A stretch of 37,866 nucleotides of DNA from Seison nebaliae (taxonomy: Eukaryota). The notes under the pieces are model-generated. The model was not told where the DNA came from. It was given only the letters and a program-made list of their open reading frames with translations, and ran no database searches. The stretch is taken from contig JALJEE010001773.1 in NCBI GenBank assembly GCA_023231475.1, positions 1-37,866 on the forward strand, given 5' to 3'. Both the position numbers and the translations under genes were made by a program. Shown here piece by piece: positions 13,031 to 29,400 of the stretch. Within the stretch, counting starts at the first letter, position 1; every line of letters begins with the position of its first letter.

Positions 13031-13705
13031 ACTTTCCTTTGAGGAATGCATCTCGATTAACTTAACAGAATTTAAATAAACTTTAAATTTTAAATACAAT
13101 TCCAAAAAATTTAATTTGTATTAAGTTTTCTCTTGATTTTAACTACTTAAATTATCAACTATAACCTCGATCAATTACGCCTTTTTATTGATACAGAGGA
13201 TGACAGTAATTTTTTTTCTCTTTTTTCAAGTTTATCACGACGGGAATTTTAATCAATAAATAATAATAATAATATAAACCTTGAAGAAAATTAGACTATT
13301 TTGACCAAAATCAAAATAAAGTCATGATATTATAGAATAATTTTCCCGGCACCGAATAATATTTCAAATATTTCTTTGATAATAAATAAGTTCAAAATAA
13401 ATTTTTAAAAGAATATACGAAAACCCATTATTTGTTGGAATTGTCGAATTGTTATTTGTCGTGGATAGCAGTTGTTCTCGTAATACTTTCCTTTTAGTTC
13501 TTCATTCGTCTTTATAGTTCAAAGAACGGTTCTCAATCTATTCTACTCACGTCAGTTTTGGACAGTTATCCAAATATCATAGCGTTATGTAACATTTCAT
13601 CTGTTACTTAGCTCCGACCTCCTATAAGTCAATAGTACATGCATACTGTCTGAATTTTACGCCCAACCACTTTGATAAAATTTCGGCGATTAAATTTATT
13701 CGGCG

Positions 13706-14533
13706 ATGAGACAACAATATGATTTGGAAGATTATCGTAAAAATTATCCTGTTATCCATCTCTTTATATTGTTTAATGATAGTTTTATGTAACAATTATG
13801 ATTGTACTATGATTTCTAAGAATTTAGTTGAAGAGCAACATCATCAACAGAATTTCTTATTTTATTCTAATGTTATTCCATCAAAACCAAATGGTTGAAT
13901 TTTCATTAAAATATTCATTCAATACATTTCATTCCGAAGGAGCTAAAATTGAAGAAATTTTAAACAAATGGAAAGATAATATGAAGTTGTTGGAACGACA
14001 TCATGGTTACATTCAATGGATTTTTCCGTTAAGAGAACCAGGATTAAATTCGGAAGCAGAACCTCTCCAATTACACGAAATTCGAGTTACATTTTTTCCA
14101 TGAAACTAATAGTTTTCATTGAAATAATGTCTACCAGAAAATGAAATCGAGAACAGATATTAGAGAACGAATTTATCGTTCGTATGAAATGATGTTAAAC
14201 TTTTATGGACTGAATTTAGTGGACAACACGGGAACAGTTGAAAGAACTGGAAATTTTAAAGAACGCTATAAAAATCTCAATAGGAATCTTCATAATACTT
14301 TAAGAATAACACGAATTTTAAAATCTTTGGGAGAATTCAATTTTGAACATTTAAAATTACCTTTCATCACCTTTATGATCGACGAATCGTTGAACAACAA
14401 TCAGTTTAATCGATTTGTGATTGATTCTTTGGAAAATTATTGGATAGGCACATTGAGGATCGAGAAAGAAAGATACTCAGCTGAAGAAAAATATCGAAAA
14501 CTTTATGAAAAATATCACAAAGACGGTTTGTAA
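13706..14533 (+). CDS. Opioid growth factor receptor (OGFr/OGFRL1) conserved-domain protein, about 219 aa. Exons 13706-13750, 13821-13893, 13940-14085, 14138-14533
   Basis: Spliced product DYRKNYP-NLVE...NFLFYSNVIPSKPNG-AKIEEIL...HGYIQWIFPLREPGLN...YEMMLNFYG...HNTLRITRILKSLGE matches the OGFr_N family; total length 660 nt, in frame. Confidence 0.88.
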
Positions 14534-15409
14534 GTTTCGTTATTTACATTGTACATTTTTAGTTTCTGCAATAACAATAGATGATACATATGATGAGAGT
14601 CCATTCTTTATTTTGTTAAACTAATTAATTTTGTTTCATTTAAAAAAAAAGTTTTTTTTCTTATGCGAGATCAAATATAGCATTATAATATTTTTTATAA
14701 TTAATTATTATTGTTTTTAAATATAACATTGTCGTCGGAAGTCAATCAAATAAATGAACAAAATAATCAGTCGAATCAAACTCGATCTCCTTGAAGATTT
14801 TGAAAAATTAATGACCAACTTTAGTTAGGCTTAATTTAATATTAGTGTTGTAATATAGCCACATTAGATATAGTTGTTAGCCACATGGCTAACATTAGTA
14901 ATAGGATCTTCCATTTTCTCTGTCATTTATGAAAAAATTATTTTGTTTCACCCATATTAAGCACCGGAGAATATTTTATCACTTATCATCTCTCCATTAT
15001 GTGAAAGAACTATCAAATATATTTGGATAAATTCAGATCAATTCTAATCAATTTAATTTAATTTACTAATTTCCCACGTAAGAAAGATAAGTAAAGGAAT
15101 TACCTCTGGAGAAGAAGTGTCTTATAAACAGTACTATCTCATTACTATTTTATTATATTACACAATAAATTTCTATTCACCGTCTTATTTATATTATATA
15201 ACTTATGATTGTTGTGTTGAAATTTTCTCTCAAAGAGAAGTGTCTTCAATTAATTTCATTTTTTCAAAAATAAAATTAATTCATTCAGTTCATAGTATAA
15301 TTTAACAATTAACATAGAAAACAATTTAAGAGCCGAACATAAACGTTATTTTACAATATTTATCAAATCTGAATCTTGCACGGTAACACGTTGCATGGTG
15401 TAACACGTT

Positions 15410-15853
15410 ATGATTCCATCGACATTGTTAGTCAGTTCAACGTTTCAAAATGATAAAAAAAATTATGGGAAAGGAAATTTGTTCGATGATGATGATGAGA
15501 CATGTTGGAAAACGGATCCATTAATTGGCAATAAGATGGAAAATGGTATAAATGTTGATATTCCCCATCATTCAATTAAAATGATAATTGGAAAAAGTGA
15601 TGAAATGGTAAGAAAATGTTCATTCCAATTTCAAGGTGGTTTTTCTTCGAAAAAAATAGAATTGCTCGACATAAATGATAAGATTAATCCGAAACTTGTT
15701 GACACATTTTTCCCAAACGACAACAATTTTCTTCAGACATTTGACTTAACTTCATCGTTATCATTCGAAGATAAAAGAAAATTACAAATAAAATTTTCAA
15801 ATTTGACCGATATGTTTGGAAGATTAATTGTTTACAAAATCAAATTCCATTGA
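15410..15853 (+). CDS. NR2C2AP: Nuclear receptor 2C2-associated protein (TRA16)-like, discoidin/galactose-binding-like fold, intronless
   Basis: Motifs VSS...YGKGNLFDDDDETCW, FQFQGGFSS, FFPNDNNFLQTF and TDMFGRLIVY match NR2C2AP as I know it. Confidence 0.85.
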   Translation: MIPSTLLVSSTFQNDKKNYGKGNLFDDDDETCWKTDPLIGNKMENGINVDIPHHSIKMIIGKSDEMVRKCSFQFQGGFSSKKIELLDINDKINPKLVDTFFPNDNNFLQTFDLTSSLSFEDKRKLQIKFSNLTDMFGRLIVYKIKFH

Positions 15854-18800
15854 ATAGAATCAGATGTTCCGTATATCCTCTTCGTTCTCTCGCTGTATAA
15901 TGAAGGAAAGAATGTTTATTAGTTGTGGATTGTCAATCTAAAATTCTGATATCGTCTAATAAATTCTTTATTATATTGAGTTTGTCTCATGTCACAAATA
16001 TCTGACTTTCAGATTTATATAAGAATTTGTCCTTTATGAGTTTTCACTTTCTTATTATTTGTATCTTCCCATTTATCATTCTTGTTCATTGGACTTTTAT
16101 CACTTTCTTATTTATAAGATAAAAGTGTTAATTGGAAAATGGTTATAGAAAATTTTCACTGGAAATATTTACTAATTTTCTTATTTCACTTCAAGGTGTT
16201 GACTAACTTAATAAAACAGATATGATACTATTAAATTAGTTTAATTCATCAATATTCACAAATTAATAAATATTCTCGTTTCACTTCAATTCGAAACAAT
16301 ATTCATGTTTCGGAAATATTTCCAAGGAATCATGGTTATTGACTGATAAACAATAGGAATTAGTTAAGAGAATGGAATGGTTAGAGAATGATCCGATGAG
16401 AACTAAAGAATAAGTAGAAATGGAAAAGTAATTAGGAAATGCCGAAAGGAATTCACCTATACTCCTTCCGAATTGACGAATGATGAATAATTAATTCGTC
16501 TGTTCAATCAGTTGGCATGACAACGAGAGAATGCGAGAGTAAATATATAATAATCATCAACTACTTATCATATGGTCATTCATTTTTCTGAAAAAATTGT
16601 ACGTTCGTGTTTGTGTTTCAGAATGTTTGCTTGCTTGACACTTTATTATGTATGCATGTCCTCAGATTCGTATTGTGTATGTGTACATAACAGTGGTGGA
16701 TCAGCCTAGCTTGAATTGTAACATACCAGAGCCAATTTATTTTCTTTATAAATAATAATTTATTAATATATCCTATGCGAACTATTATTTTAAGAAGAAC
16801 CACATTCGGTTTCCTGACGCAATTATTTCTAATATTGGAGAATGAATAGAAAGAATAAAATTATTGATTATGGACATAGTCCATTTCTTCGATCTTCCGA
16901 AGTAACATCTGATATTAATTAAGTTCTTCTCATAACATTGAGTGTGAGTATGCGGTAGTGCAGGTGGTTGTTATCTGGTGAAGTAGAGTAGAAGTGGTTA
17001 TACACTAATTTTTTTCATGTTAATAGGGTAGACATTTGTGGTATGGAGGACAAAATTGGAGAATTAATATTATTCTTTTTGAATGGAATGATCTCTAAGT
17101 AAACAATAATTGGAGAAAACATGTACAAATACATTAAAAATTCCAAGATATATTTTATGTGGTCATCATATACCATCATCCATATCACTCAATAGTCACA
17201 ATTATTAGTTCGCTCTTTGGCATCACACATCGTAACATCTTGGTTAATGGTTATTCAATGAATGAATGGAACAGAATAACTAGCATGAGTACAATTCATG
17301 AAAATAAATATTCGTTATCGCAATAATTCTACTGTAATAATTCCATTTGGTGAATGACAACATAATTCTTTTTATTTATCTGAATCATTTTTTGATATTT
17401 CAATTATCAATTTCCCATCAATTTGAATGTAATGACGTTTTATAATTTTATCGGTAAGACGATTTCATTTCGAGCCAACGACTATTTCCCGTTTGGTTGA
17501 AATGTGAAGAAAATGATAAATGAAAGAAACTTCAAAATCAAACGTTTTATCATTCCTCGATCTATTAATTTGTTATTAAAGAGAAAATATTTCTACAATT
17601 TCCTCATTTAACCCACAGTCTTGTGGTTCCAATTCCTATTTTCGACCAAATTTCCTATTAGTTGCATTAACGGATGGTCGATAAACGGAATCAACATTAT
17701 TCCTCATTAGATCTATTCAGGAAAAGACTTTGCATCGGTTCCAACATATGTCGAAAATAAGACATTACACTCCTTCCGCAATGCAGTTTATTCTGAGGAG
17801 AAAAATGAAAATCTGTTCCACCTCTTACAATGTGAAGGATCGAATCATTCTGTTTATTTCATTTACCTTCTTCATTCCAGTCTCTCCTTTCATCATTACA
17901 TCCGCTTTATTTTTTTAACGGACGTAATTCATTCATTCAAAAGTTCCATTTATGTGGTTGACCTAAAATTTTTCACATTTAGATCATTTGCTCAAAAACT
18001 GAAAACCGTTTGATATGGTAATCATATTAATCATTGATATGATTCACAACCGAAACTTCTGTTATGTGTGAAAACAGTTTTATTATATCAACTGACGGCT
18101 ATAGATTAGCATTTCTCTAATTTTTCGAAAAATCAATTTCTTCTTCCATTATTTTAGTTCCACAACAAAATTCTTCTCTAATATTCCCAGTAAATTATTT
18201 ATTCTAATGTAGTCATACTATATGCTATTATTGAAAGTTTTTTCTCTGGAAACTACAAAGTTCAGAGAGGACATGTGAAGTGAAAGTGTGAAAGTTTTCT
18301 TATAAAGAAAATATACAAATGGAGGAATAAGGATACAAATCTAGTTCTGGTGTCAAAACTGAGTCAGGAGGAATTGACCCGAAATGGCAAACAATTGAAT
18401 GAAAATAGATAAAATGCATCAAATAAAAGAGAAATACGTTTTCAAACCGATCTTCCTTTTTTTTGCTTCACACCATCATTCCGCCTTCTGCCAACTTCTC
18501 ACTATCAACAGTTTCTTGAAGAAAAGAAAATGTTTCTAGAATGAATAGGAAGATGAATGTAAATCGTATCAGGTGAATGATTGAATATTATGAATTGTTT
18601 GTAACATTTGATTTGGAGATGAATATGTTCCTCATTCCAACCATTTTCTAATAACAGTGAAAGATAAAATTAAATGTTGAAATTCAATATAGAATAAAAT
18701 TGGTGAACTGGTTCACACATTTGGAGGTCTAAAACTTCACAAGTAAACCGATTTTCAGTTAAACTTCATTGGGAAAGAAAAATCAATGTAACTCGATATT

Positions 18801-20067
18801 CACATTAGACTTCATTTCTTAAAAAATATATGATCATTCCTTCTTTCTTTTTTTCGGTTATCGTATAACCGGGAAATATATGTCGTAACAATTAAGTTAA
18901 GTATTGGATCAATGGATGAACAGAATAAAGTATTTCCATTTAGTTGTTAGTATTAGAATATCAATATTAGTTCCATACATCTCATGTAAGTCATTTGTGT
19001 GAGTAAGTTAGTTAGTTATTCACCTTTCCATTATCGTTTTTTCCTTCTACTTCAAAAACGTGTTCGAGTAGAAGAATAAGATAACTGGTTAAGGAAGTAT
19101 TGTAGGTGATTAGTTCCACGCTAATCATCAACTTCATCATCGTCTTGATGATTATTATTATCATTTCTTTTTCATTACAACCATTCCTTTGGTGATGATC
19201 AACGAAAGAAGAATATCGTAGAGTGGATAGTGTCAACTCTTTATTTATACTCTTCATTTGTTTCTTTCGTTTGTTGAATGTATTTGCTAAACGAATGACT
19301 CCGAATAGTTCCTTAACTCAATCATTTTATAAAATCGATAATGAACTATTTTCTATTAAACGGAGGAACAGCTCTCCTAATTTACTTTCTTTTGACGTCT
19401 CTCTGACAAGAATTTTCGAAATTTCCTGAAAATTTTCCATGGAGAATTTTTTCGATCGAAAACTAATTGATAGATATCATTAACGTAATAAAAGTGTTCT
19501 TGCGAAAAAAATAAACAAACGTACAATTTTTTCATATTTATGATTCGTTTTCCTTGTTCTTTCTTTTTTCATGCTTCCTCAAAATGACGAACATAATTAG
19601 TCCAACGGAATTGAAGTTTTTATAATAAAATTTCTGTTTTAAAATCACATGGGTCCCTTAGATGGAAAGTGAGTTACGTTGAAATAATTACCAAATGACG
19701 AATAATATTATTGAAACTAAATTCAATGAAATTTTGTGGTTTAACATTCTTATGCCATATATTAACAACAAAAGTAACAGGCGTATATGAAAAAGAAAAT
19801 AATGTGTATGAGAAACGAACTGAAAGAATAGTAGAGAGCAGAAAAGAGAATTAGGTTTTTCAAAGGAAAACCACCGGAAATTACTTTTAAAAATTTGACC
19901 AAAAGAAACTAATCCACTTCCATTCACGATCGAAAATATTATCGATTTCGTAATATTATTCTATTTTATTGAACGAAATAATTATTTTTATCATTATCGA
20001 ACAATCAACAGAAAGTAGAAAAAAACTTTTTTAATTAGAAATCAACTAAAAAGAAGAAGAAGGAATT

Positions 20068-22454
20068 ATGTTGAATAATGCTTTCGAGTTGGAGAATGCT
20101 TTTCGCAATAATCTTGATATGCCGATGGGGAAAAAATCGAGAATGGTAACATCCAAAGTTAGAGGATTGTAACTATTTTATACTTCATATTATCGAATAA
20201 TAACATTCTCTGAATGTTAATCGATCGTTGAAAGAAAAGAAAATCGATTAGGTTCTCATTTCGTTTACTTTTGTTTCTTTATTTAGAATGAATTCATGTC
20301 AAACGACAAAAGTCAATATCGATTAGCAGGTGAAAGACGTGATTCCACGTCATCTGCATCATTCTCGAACGAAACCACAACTAACACATCGCCATGTTCA
20401 TCTTCAACAAATGTTCGATGTCATTCAGATGAGAAACCGAAAAGAAATCATCAACATTCAACTGATCGTTTAGTTGTTATGAAGAAGAAGATTAATCGAA
20501 ATTATGATAATAAAGTAAATAAGAAGAAATCGAGAAAATCGTCTCACCTTTCAAAAAATTTCCAAATGATTTCTAATGAATTATATAAAACTGGACAATA
20601 TTTCAATTCTCAATCGAATAAGAAAGGTGGAAATAAAGAAAATAATTTATTCGGTTTATCATGGTCTTCCAGAAGATCGTTGAATCACAACAATAGAAAC
20701 AACAATAACAATGGAAAGGATATTGAGTCGAAAATCATGACATCTAATATCTCGACTAGCCATTGTCCATTGAATACAGAAGCAGACAAATTATATTGTC
20801 ATCCGATGAAGAAATTAAATTCTTATTGTGATAATGACACACGTGCCATTATTCATTCGTCAAGTGGAAGTGATCAAGATTCTAATTCTAAAGGTACATC
20901 AACAACATCGGAACATAATGAGTTGGATATGGAACAATATAAAGTTAATTTGTTACAAGAAATGTTAAGTAACTTCATTTTTTGAAATTAGAAAATTAAA
21001 TTTTCCAAATCGGGAAATTTCAAGAGATCCATTGTTGGAATATTCGTTTTAATCATTTTAACATCTTTCATTATATTATCTGCATTATTCTTTCTTGGAA
21101 GAAGTTTCTTTTAAATCTTTCTTATACAATTCTTATAATAATTCTCATAAAATTAGATCATTTCAATTCAACATTCTTTCATTCATTTCATAATAATTCG
21201 CCTGATGTTAATTTGACAAACAAAAATTATTATAGCAAATATGTTAGAAATCATACAATCGAAGTTAATGAACAACCAAAAATTGAAGAAAAAGAGAATC
21301 TCATACATTTAGTGAATCAGATACTTTTCGGATATTCCAATGATTCATGGACCATTGCTCCAATTTTAAAAAACTTTAGTGATAAAACTGTCATTTCTAC
21401 ATCTCCTACAACAAGGAATGATAAACAATTTAAAGAAATTTTATCAACCACAACAGCAAGAGCAAAAGACGAATTATCCAAAAATTATGATTCTTCAGGA
21501 AATGAAGACAAAATGTTTGAAATTAATTCAGTTCAATATTTTGTTGTTAACACAACGGAAGACAAGGTAGTATCTGTAAGAAAAACTACAACCTCAACTT
21601 CTACCAAAAGTACCACTGTTGACAACGTTCAACTTCGAAACGACCTCGAATCAACGCCAACAGAAACAATATCAACGAAAATTGATGAAATTGTAAAACA
21701 AACTAAACAGACTACTGATAATCCAATTGTAAAGCACAATTCCACTTTATTTTGGAAAAAGCAAAAGACTACAGATTTACCTTCGAAAAATTCAAGAATT
21801 ACTATTAGCACAATAGAATACCAGACGTCCAAACCTCAAAATACTTCCTTCAATATCAACATCAATCTTCCTTCAACAACATCAACCACATCATCCACCA
21901 CAATTACCACAACTATTAAGAATACTGAAATTTCAACAAGCAGTTCTCCTATTTCCACAAATTCAACTACCTCAACTACCTCTTTAATGTTAAAGAAAAT
22001 AGATATTAATAAGATAAAGGATCAAACTTCCATCCTAAATAAAATACATTCTAGCACATCCACAATTTTACCAAATGTTCAAGAAGAATCAGAAACTGAT
22101 GAACCATCAACAACCATAACTACTACTATGGGAAAGTCTACTAAGAATAATAATTCATCCAGTGATGATGCCCATATCAATTTAGTTGTAACTCCAAATA
22201 TAGAAGTAAATGCATCATCTATTCTTGACCATGATTCAACTCTTATCGGCAATTTCAATGAATCATCTTCCGATTATTTAAATATGAATGTTACACAATA
22301 TTTTCTAGATAATATTGAAACTGAAAACTTAGCAACAAATGAAATTACATCGACAACCACTCAGACCGAAAATAGAGTAAAACGGAAAAACTCAAATTTG
22401 GCCGTATCGATATTCCAGAACTTGTTTAACTTAAATGACACTTCGATATTTTGA
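20068..22454 (+). CDS. Unknown type II membrane protein, about 718 aa: Ser/Asn/basic cytoplasmic part, single TM, Ser/Thr-rich mucin-like stalk. Exons 20068-20157, 20287-20943, 20992-21103, 21157-22454
   Basis: Three GTT-AG introns join the ORFs in frame. The small third exon encodes KFSKSGNFKR-SIVGIFVLIILTSFIILSALFFLG (basic residues then a TM). The stalk has many N-x-S/T sequons. The 3' end is uncertain. Confidence 0.7.
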
Positions 22455-23675
22455 GAAATGTTTTTCCGAATTTCACTGCAGAATGTACATAAATCCTTCC
22501 CTCACCATTGACAGATTCTTATTAATGAAATATTTCGTGTTTTTGTTCAAAACTTTCTTATGATCTAGTTCACAGAAGCAATATCGTGGATTCTTCATCG
22601 ATTTGATGTCGTCGAAGTATTAATCATTTATTTCATCATTTTTTCTCCATTCTATTTCCTTATTGTATTTTTGAATAACTTTCTAAATTCATATAATTTC
22701 TATAAAATTACTTCACAAAAAATTTATTGTTTACCGTTTACCAAATTTCTTTCATTTATATATAATTTTTGATATTAACAAATTTTCATCCTCGGATAGT
22801 TTTAGGAATAAGGTTGTCGGAATATGATATACTGTATACGAATATAAACTTAAAAACTACATATTTTATATAAAACTTAAAATTAAGATTATATTAGACG
22901 AAAGAAATTAATCTGTTAATATATAAATCAATATAATATATATTAACCAATAAATTAATACATTAAGTGTGAGAAATCAACAACTAAGGTTAGCGTATAA
23001 TATAGATAATTTTAAAAAGAATTTCTCATCAAAGTTTTTCGAGTAGAATTGAATGAAGTTTATTGTGATATCTAAAAGAAATGAATCTTTTTTTTATTAA
23101 TTGTTGACTATATTATTAATTGAATTGTCCCAATTGAGAATTCATTAAAAAATGTTTAAAGTCTTCAAGCAGTCTTCATACAAAGAAAACCATAAAAATT
23201 ATAATATTTTAAAAACCATTAGATTATGTCATGTGCATATCATGAATTTAAGATAAGAGGATTTAAGAGTATATATTTAAAATAGAAAGGAAATAAGTTT
23301 ATTGTAAAAGAAATATAGAATAACATAAAATGAAAATCTAGAATGAGAAATTCGATAAAGTAAAAGAATTTTTCTGTAAATAAAATATTTTCTGTTGATT
23401 TGAAGAGGAGATTGTATATGAAGAGATTAGAATGAACGATAACATCTATTCTCCATTTTTGATAAATTATTCAAGAATCTTTTTTTGAATATTAGTTAAA
23501 ATTTTCTTAAAAAATATCTAAAGTTGTTTTTTCTTATAATCTGATACTTCAATTAGAGAATGACGAAAATAGGAAGAAATTAGGAGAAAATTAAAATTTC
23601 CGAGATAAGTTCATAAGATGATAAACAATCCAAAAAGAATTGATATTCAAGATCAGAATGTTAGTTTGATATTAA

Positions 23676-26442
<2,767 letters not shown>

Positions 26443-29400
26443 TGAATGGAGTTACAGATGATCATCAAAAATTAGAGTTCTATCTCGTTTTGGATTTTCT
26501 CTTTCGAACGATATATAATTGTTCGAAATATTATCTTTTCCAAATAATTCGAATGGAAAAGAGATACAGGAAATTCTCACACGCTAACAACTTTAACAAG
26601 CAAATCGATCAGTTAATTTAATGTATCTCACTCGACTGGTGATGATGAGGAAAAAAGAAAGATAGAAAAAATTATATTAATAAAAAAAATTTCTTTTAAA
26701 ATATAAAACAATACAATAACAACAGTTCTCACACAAATAGTACGAAGAGAATTAATCGATAAGATGTCATAATAAAAATAGGACAATTATTTTAAATGAA
26801 CTCGTTCATCTCGATAAGTTGGTGTTTGTATGTTTTTCACCGATTTCTCTTTTTTCATTTCTCAGATATCTGTTGATTGGGAAAGCTCGAAAAGAAAGAA
26901 TTCCTCTCCACTTTTTCCTATTAGTCAATAATCAGAAGAATTACACGACTTCGTATGATTGGAAGAGGATGAATTGTATGGAACAAAAAAAAAATTATTA
27001 ATTTTACCTCTATTCACAACATCGACAGTTCATTGATGTTGATGTCTATGTAGCAACGAATGGTTTATGGAAAGAACCTATAACATTATTTCTCACTTAT
27101 ACTTGCCTGTTTAACAGAACCATTGTTCTTGTTGATGGCAAGAGGTGCTACTACTACTTTAACGTTGTTGTTATTGTTCGAATAAGTAATTGTCATCAAA
27201 GAGAATAGACGAACAAATAGAGGAAGAAGGATTTTATTATGTCATGGGAAGGCAAAAGAAAAATAAACCGAAGAGACGAATTCGGGAGAGATGAAGGACG
27301 AAAGAAAATTTAATAATTAGAAATATTCAGTTTTACTGTCCAACTCCTGTCGGTTGGATCGTTTCTTTTTCTCGTTCATATAATTGGAAGTGAATAAACA
27401 TTTATCCATGAATTTATTATAATTCTACTTCTCTTCATAACTTTCGTTCACTCCAGAAGAAACTGCAAATAGATTCATGCAAACATCTACAGAGATTGCA
27501 AAGCGAAGCATAACAAAAATATTATTCCTTTCTTCGTCTTTCTTATTACACAACTTTCTACTACCATTTCCATCCAATATACTCAACCCTACTGTCTGAT
27601 AATATATGCTTCAATATGAGGAATGTTCGCGATAAATACTTACAAATCGAGGGCAACAAATGCGTCTTACGACAAAAGAAAAAAAATTTCCCCAATTTCA
27701 TACTAATCATTACCAAGTGGAAGACGGACAAGAATCCTAAAACAAAAGAATCGTCCGAGAAAACAGTCTGGGACAAAAGACTCCAAAAGATAAAGTTACT
27801 TCTAACAACCTAAGAATTCTTATCTAAAACTTCTGGGACTTATCAAAACATTTTTAATTCTTAACTGATTATAACGTATTTCACAATCGTAATAAGTGGA
27901 AAATTTTCAAAATCAACCATTTCTAATAATTAGTGAAATACCTAGGAGAATCATGAATTTATATGGCCAAAATAATATGCTTCCAAACTTGTCGATTTTA
28001 GAAAGAAAGTATTGATGAATATGGATGACGATCATAATCATAGAATATGGAAAGTTATTATCCTAATAGAAAAAGAATCGAAAAAATAAAAACATTTGAT
28101 TAGAATATCAATGAAATTCCATCTTTCATTTCAAATGACAATATCAATAATCAATGAATGATAATTAAGAGTGCTGCAACATTCAAATATAGAGTTGAAA
28201 CATTTACTAATTTGTTTCTTGGTGCAATTTTAAAAATTGCATCGTTTCATTTTAGCACCGTTATATCCTCATATCCATTATATGCAAGATACAACATAAT
28301 GAATATGTCAATAATATATTGACTGAATAGAAACTGGAAGTTGGATTTCTTATTCGATATTTTTGGGGACATTTTCGTCATGTTTTATGCCATACTTCCA
28401 TAAATCAAAACAACATTAAAATCACCAATAATCAACCTGATAGTTTCAATAATTACTTCAATATATTGGACATTTTTTAGATACATTTACGTTTTTTAAA
28501 TAGTTTAATTACTTGAGAATTATATCACCTAAAAAATTATTGTAACAGATAAAGGCAATGTGAAAAAAAGATAAAACTCAAAAGATTATGAGAATGATAC
28601 AATTTTCGATAAATTTTTACGTACAATACAAGCATGAATTGTAAACAATATTATTATAGTAATAGATGTCATAATAAAAATGAAGATTTTATTGTAATTT
28701 TCAATTCTAGTTAAATTCACTTACGAAAAGTTTGGAAATGTAAATTTGATATATAGTGCTCCATTAGAATGACTCAATTGTCCAATGGTTGTTTTGTCCG
28801 TATAAATTCGTAACAAAAAGAACAATATAGTTAATGATGAAATAAATTTTCTATGAGAATTTTGATTCCTAGCGATGATCTTACTTCTTGACATCTCTCC
28901 CTCTTTTCCGAATAGGTTGTTAATCACATCGGTCAACGATTATCTTCGTCAATATTTCTTTTCTTTTTTTAAGAATTTTTAACTTGAGAAAATTGATGAA
29001 GAATTTCCAGATATATTTTACGGAAAAGAAAAAATGAAAAATTTTGGAGGAGAGTAATCGTCAATAGGAAAGTATTGAATGGAAATCGAAAGCGATTCAT
29101 TGACATGTAAAATAAATGATAATATATGGACGTGTGCTCTCACCTCTTCAATTGACGAATAAATATTTCATAAAATAAATTGCTTCAATACTACCTAATT
29201 CTCTTTGAATTATGCAAATGTTTAAGAGATCGTCAATTGAAATAATATTATTTTATGAAGATTTATGAATATGAAAATAAATATCCGAAATGAGAATAAA
29301 ATTGGGAGGGGCCTTCATCTCTAACAACATCGTATACATATTCATCGACGAGTGGAAGTGGAATATATGGGGAAAAGAAATATGAAATGGAATCTGATCA

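Noticed and set aside
13420..13670. Slightly GC-richer stretch with AATTCAGAC on minus, resembling the RNase P P4 3' strand
   Set aside because: No matching P4 5' strand in a plausible position; it would have to overlap the OGFr gene.
19410..19462. Cluster of short palindromes (e.g. TTTTCGATCGAAAA)
   Set aside because: Built from A/T runs and TCGA, both abundant throughout the window.
27099..27109. ATACTTGCCTG, one mismatch from the U1 snRNA 5' end (ATACTTACCTG)
   Set aside because: Downstream sequence lacks the U1-70K loop, U1A loop, stems and Sm site; the change would also not explain GTT donors.
27561..27813. Overlapping 65-71 aa ORFs and other short intergenic ORFs in the track
   Set aside because: No recognisable motifs or consistent splice structure; many start at TTG/GTG.
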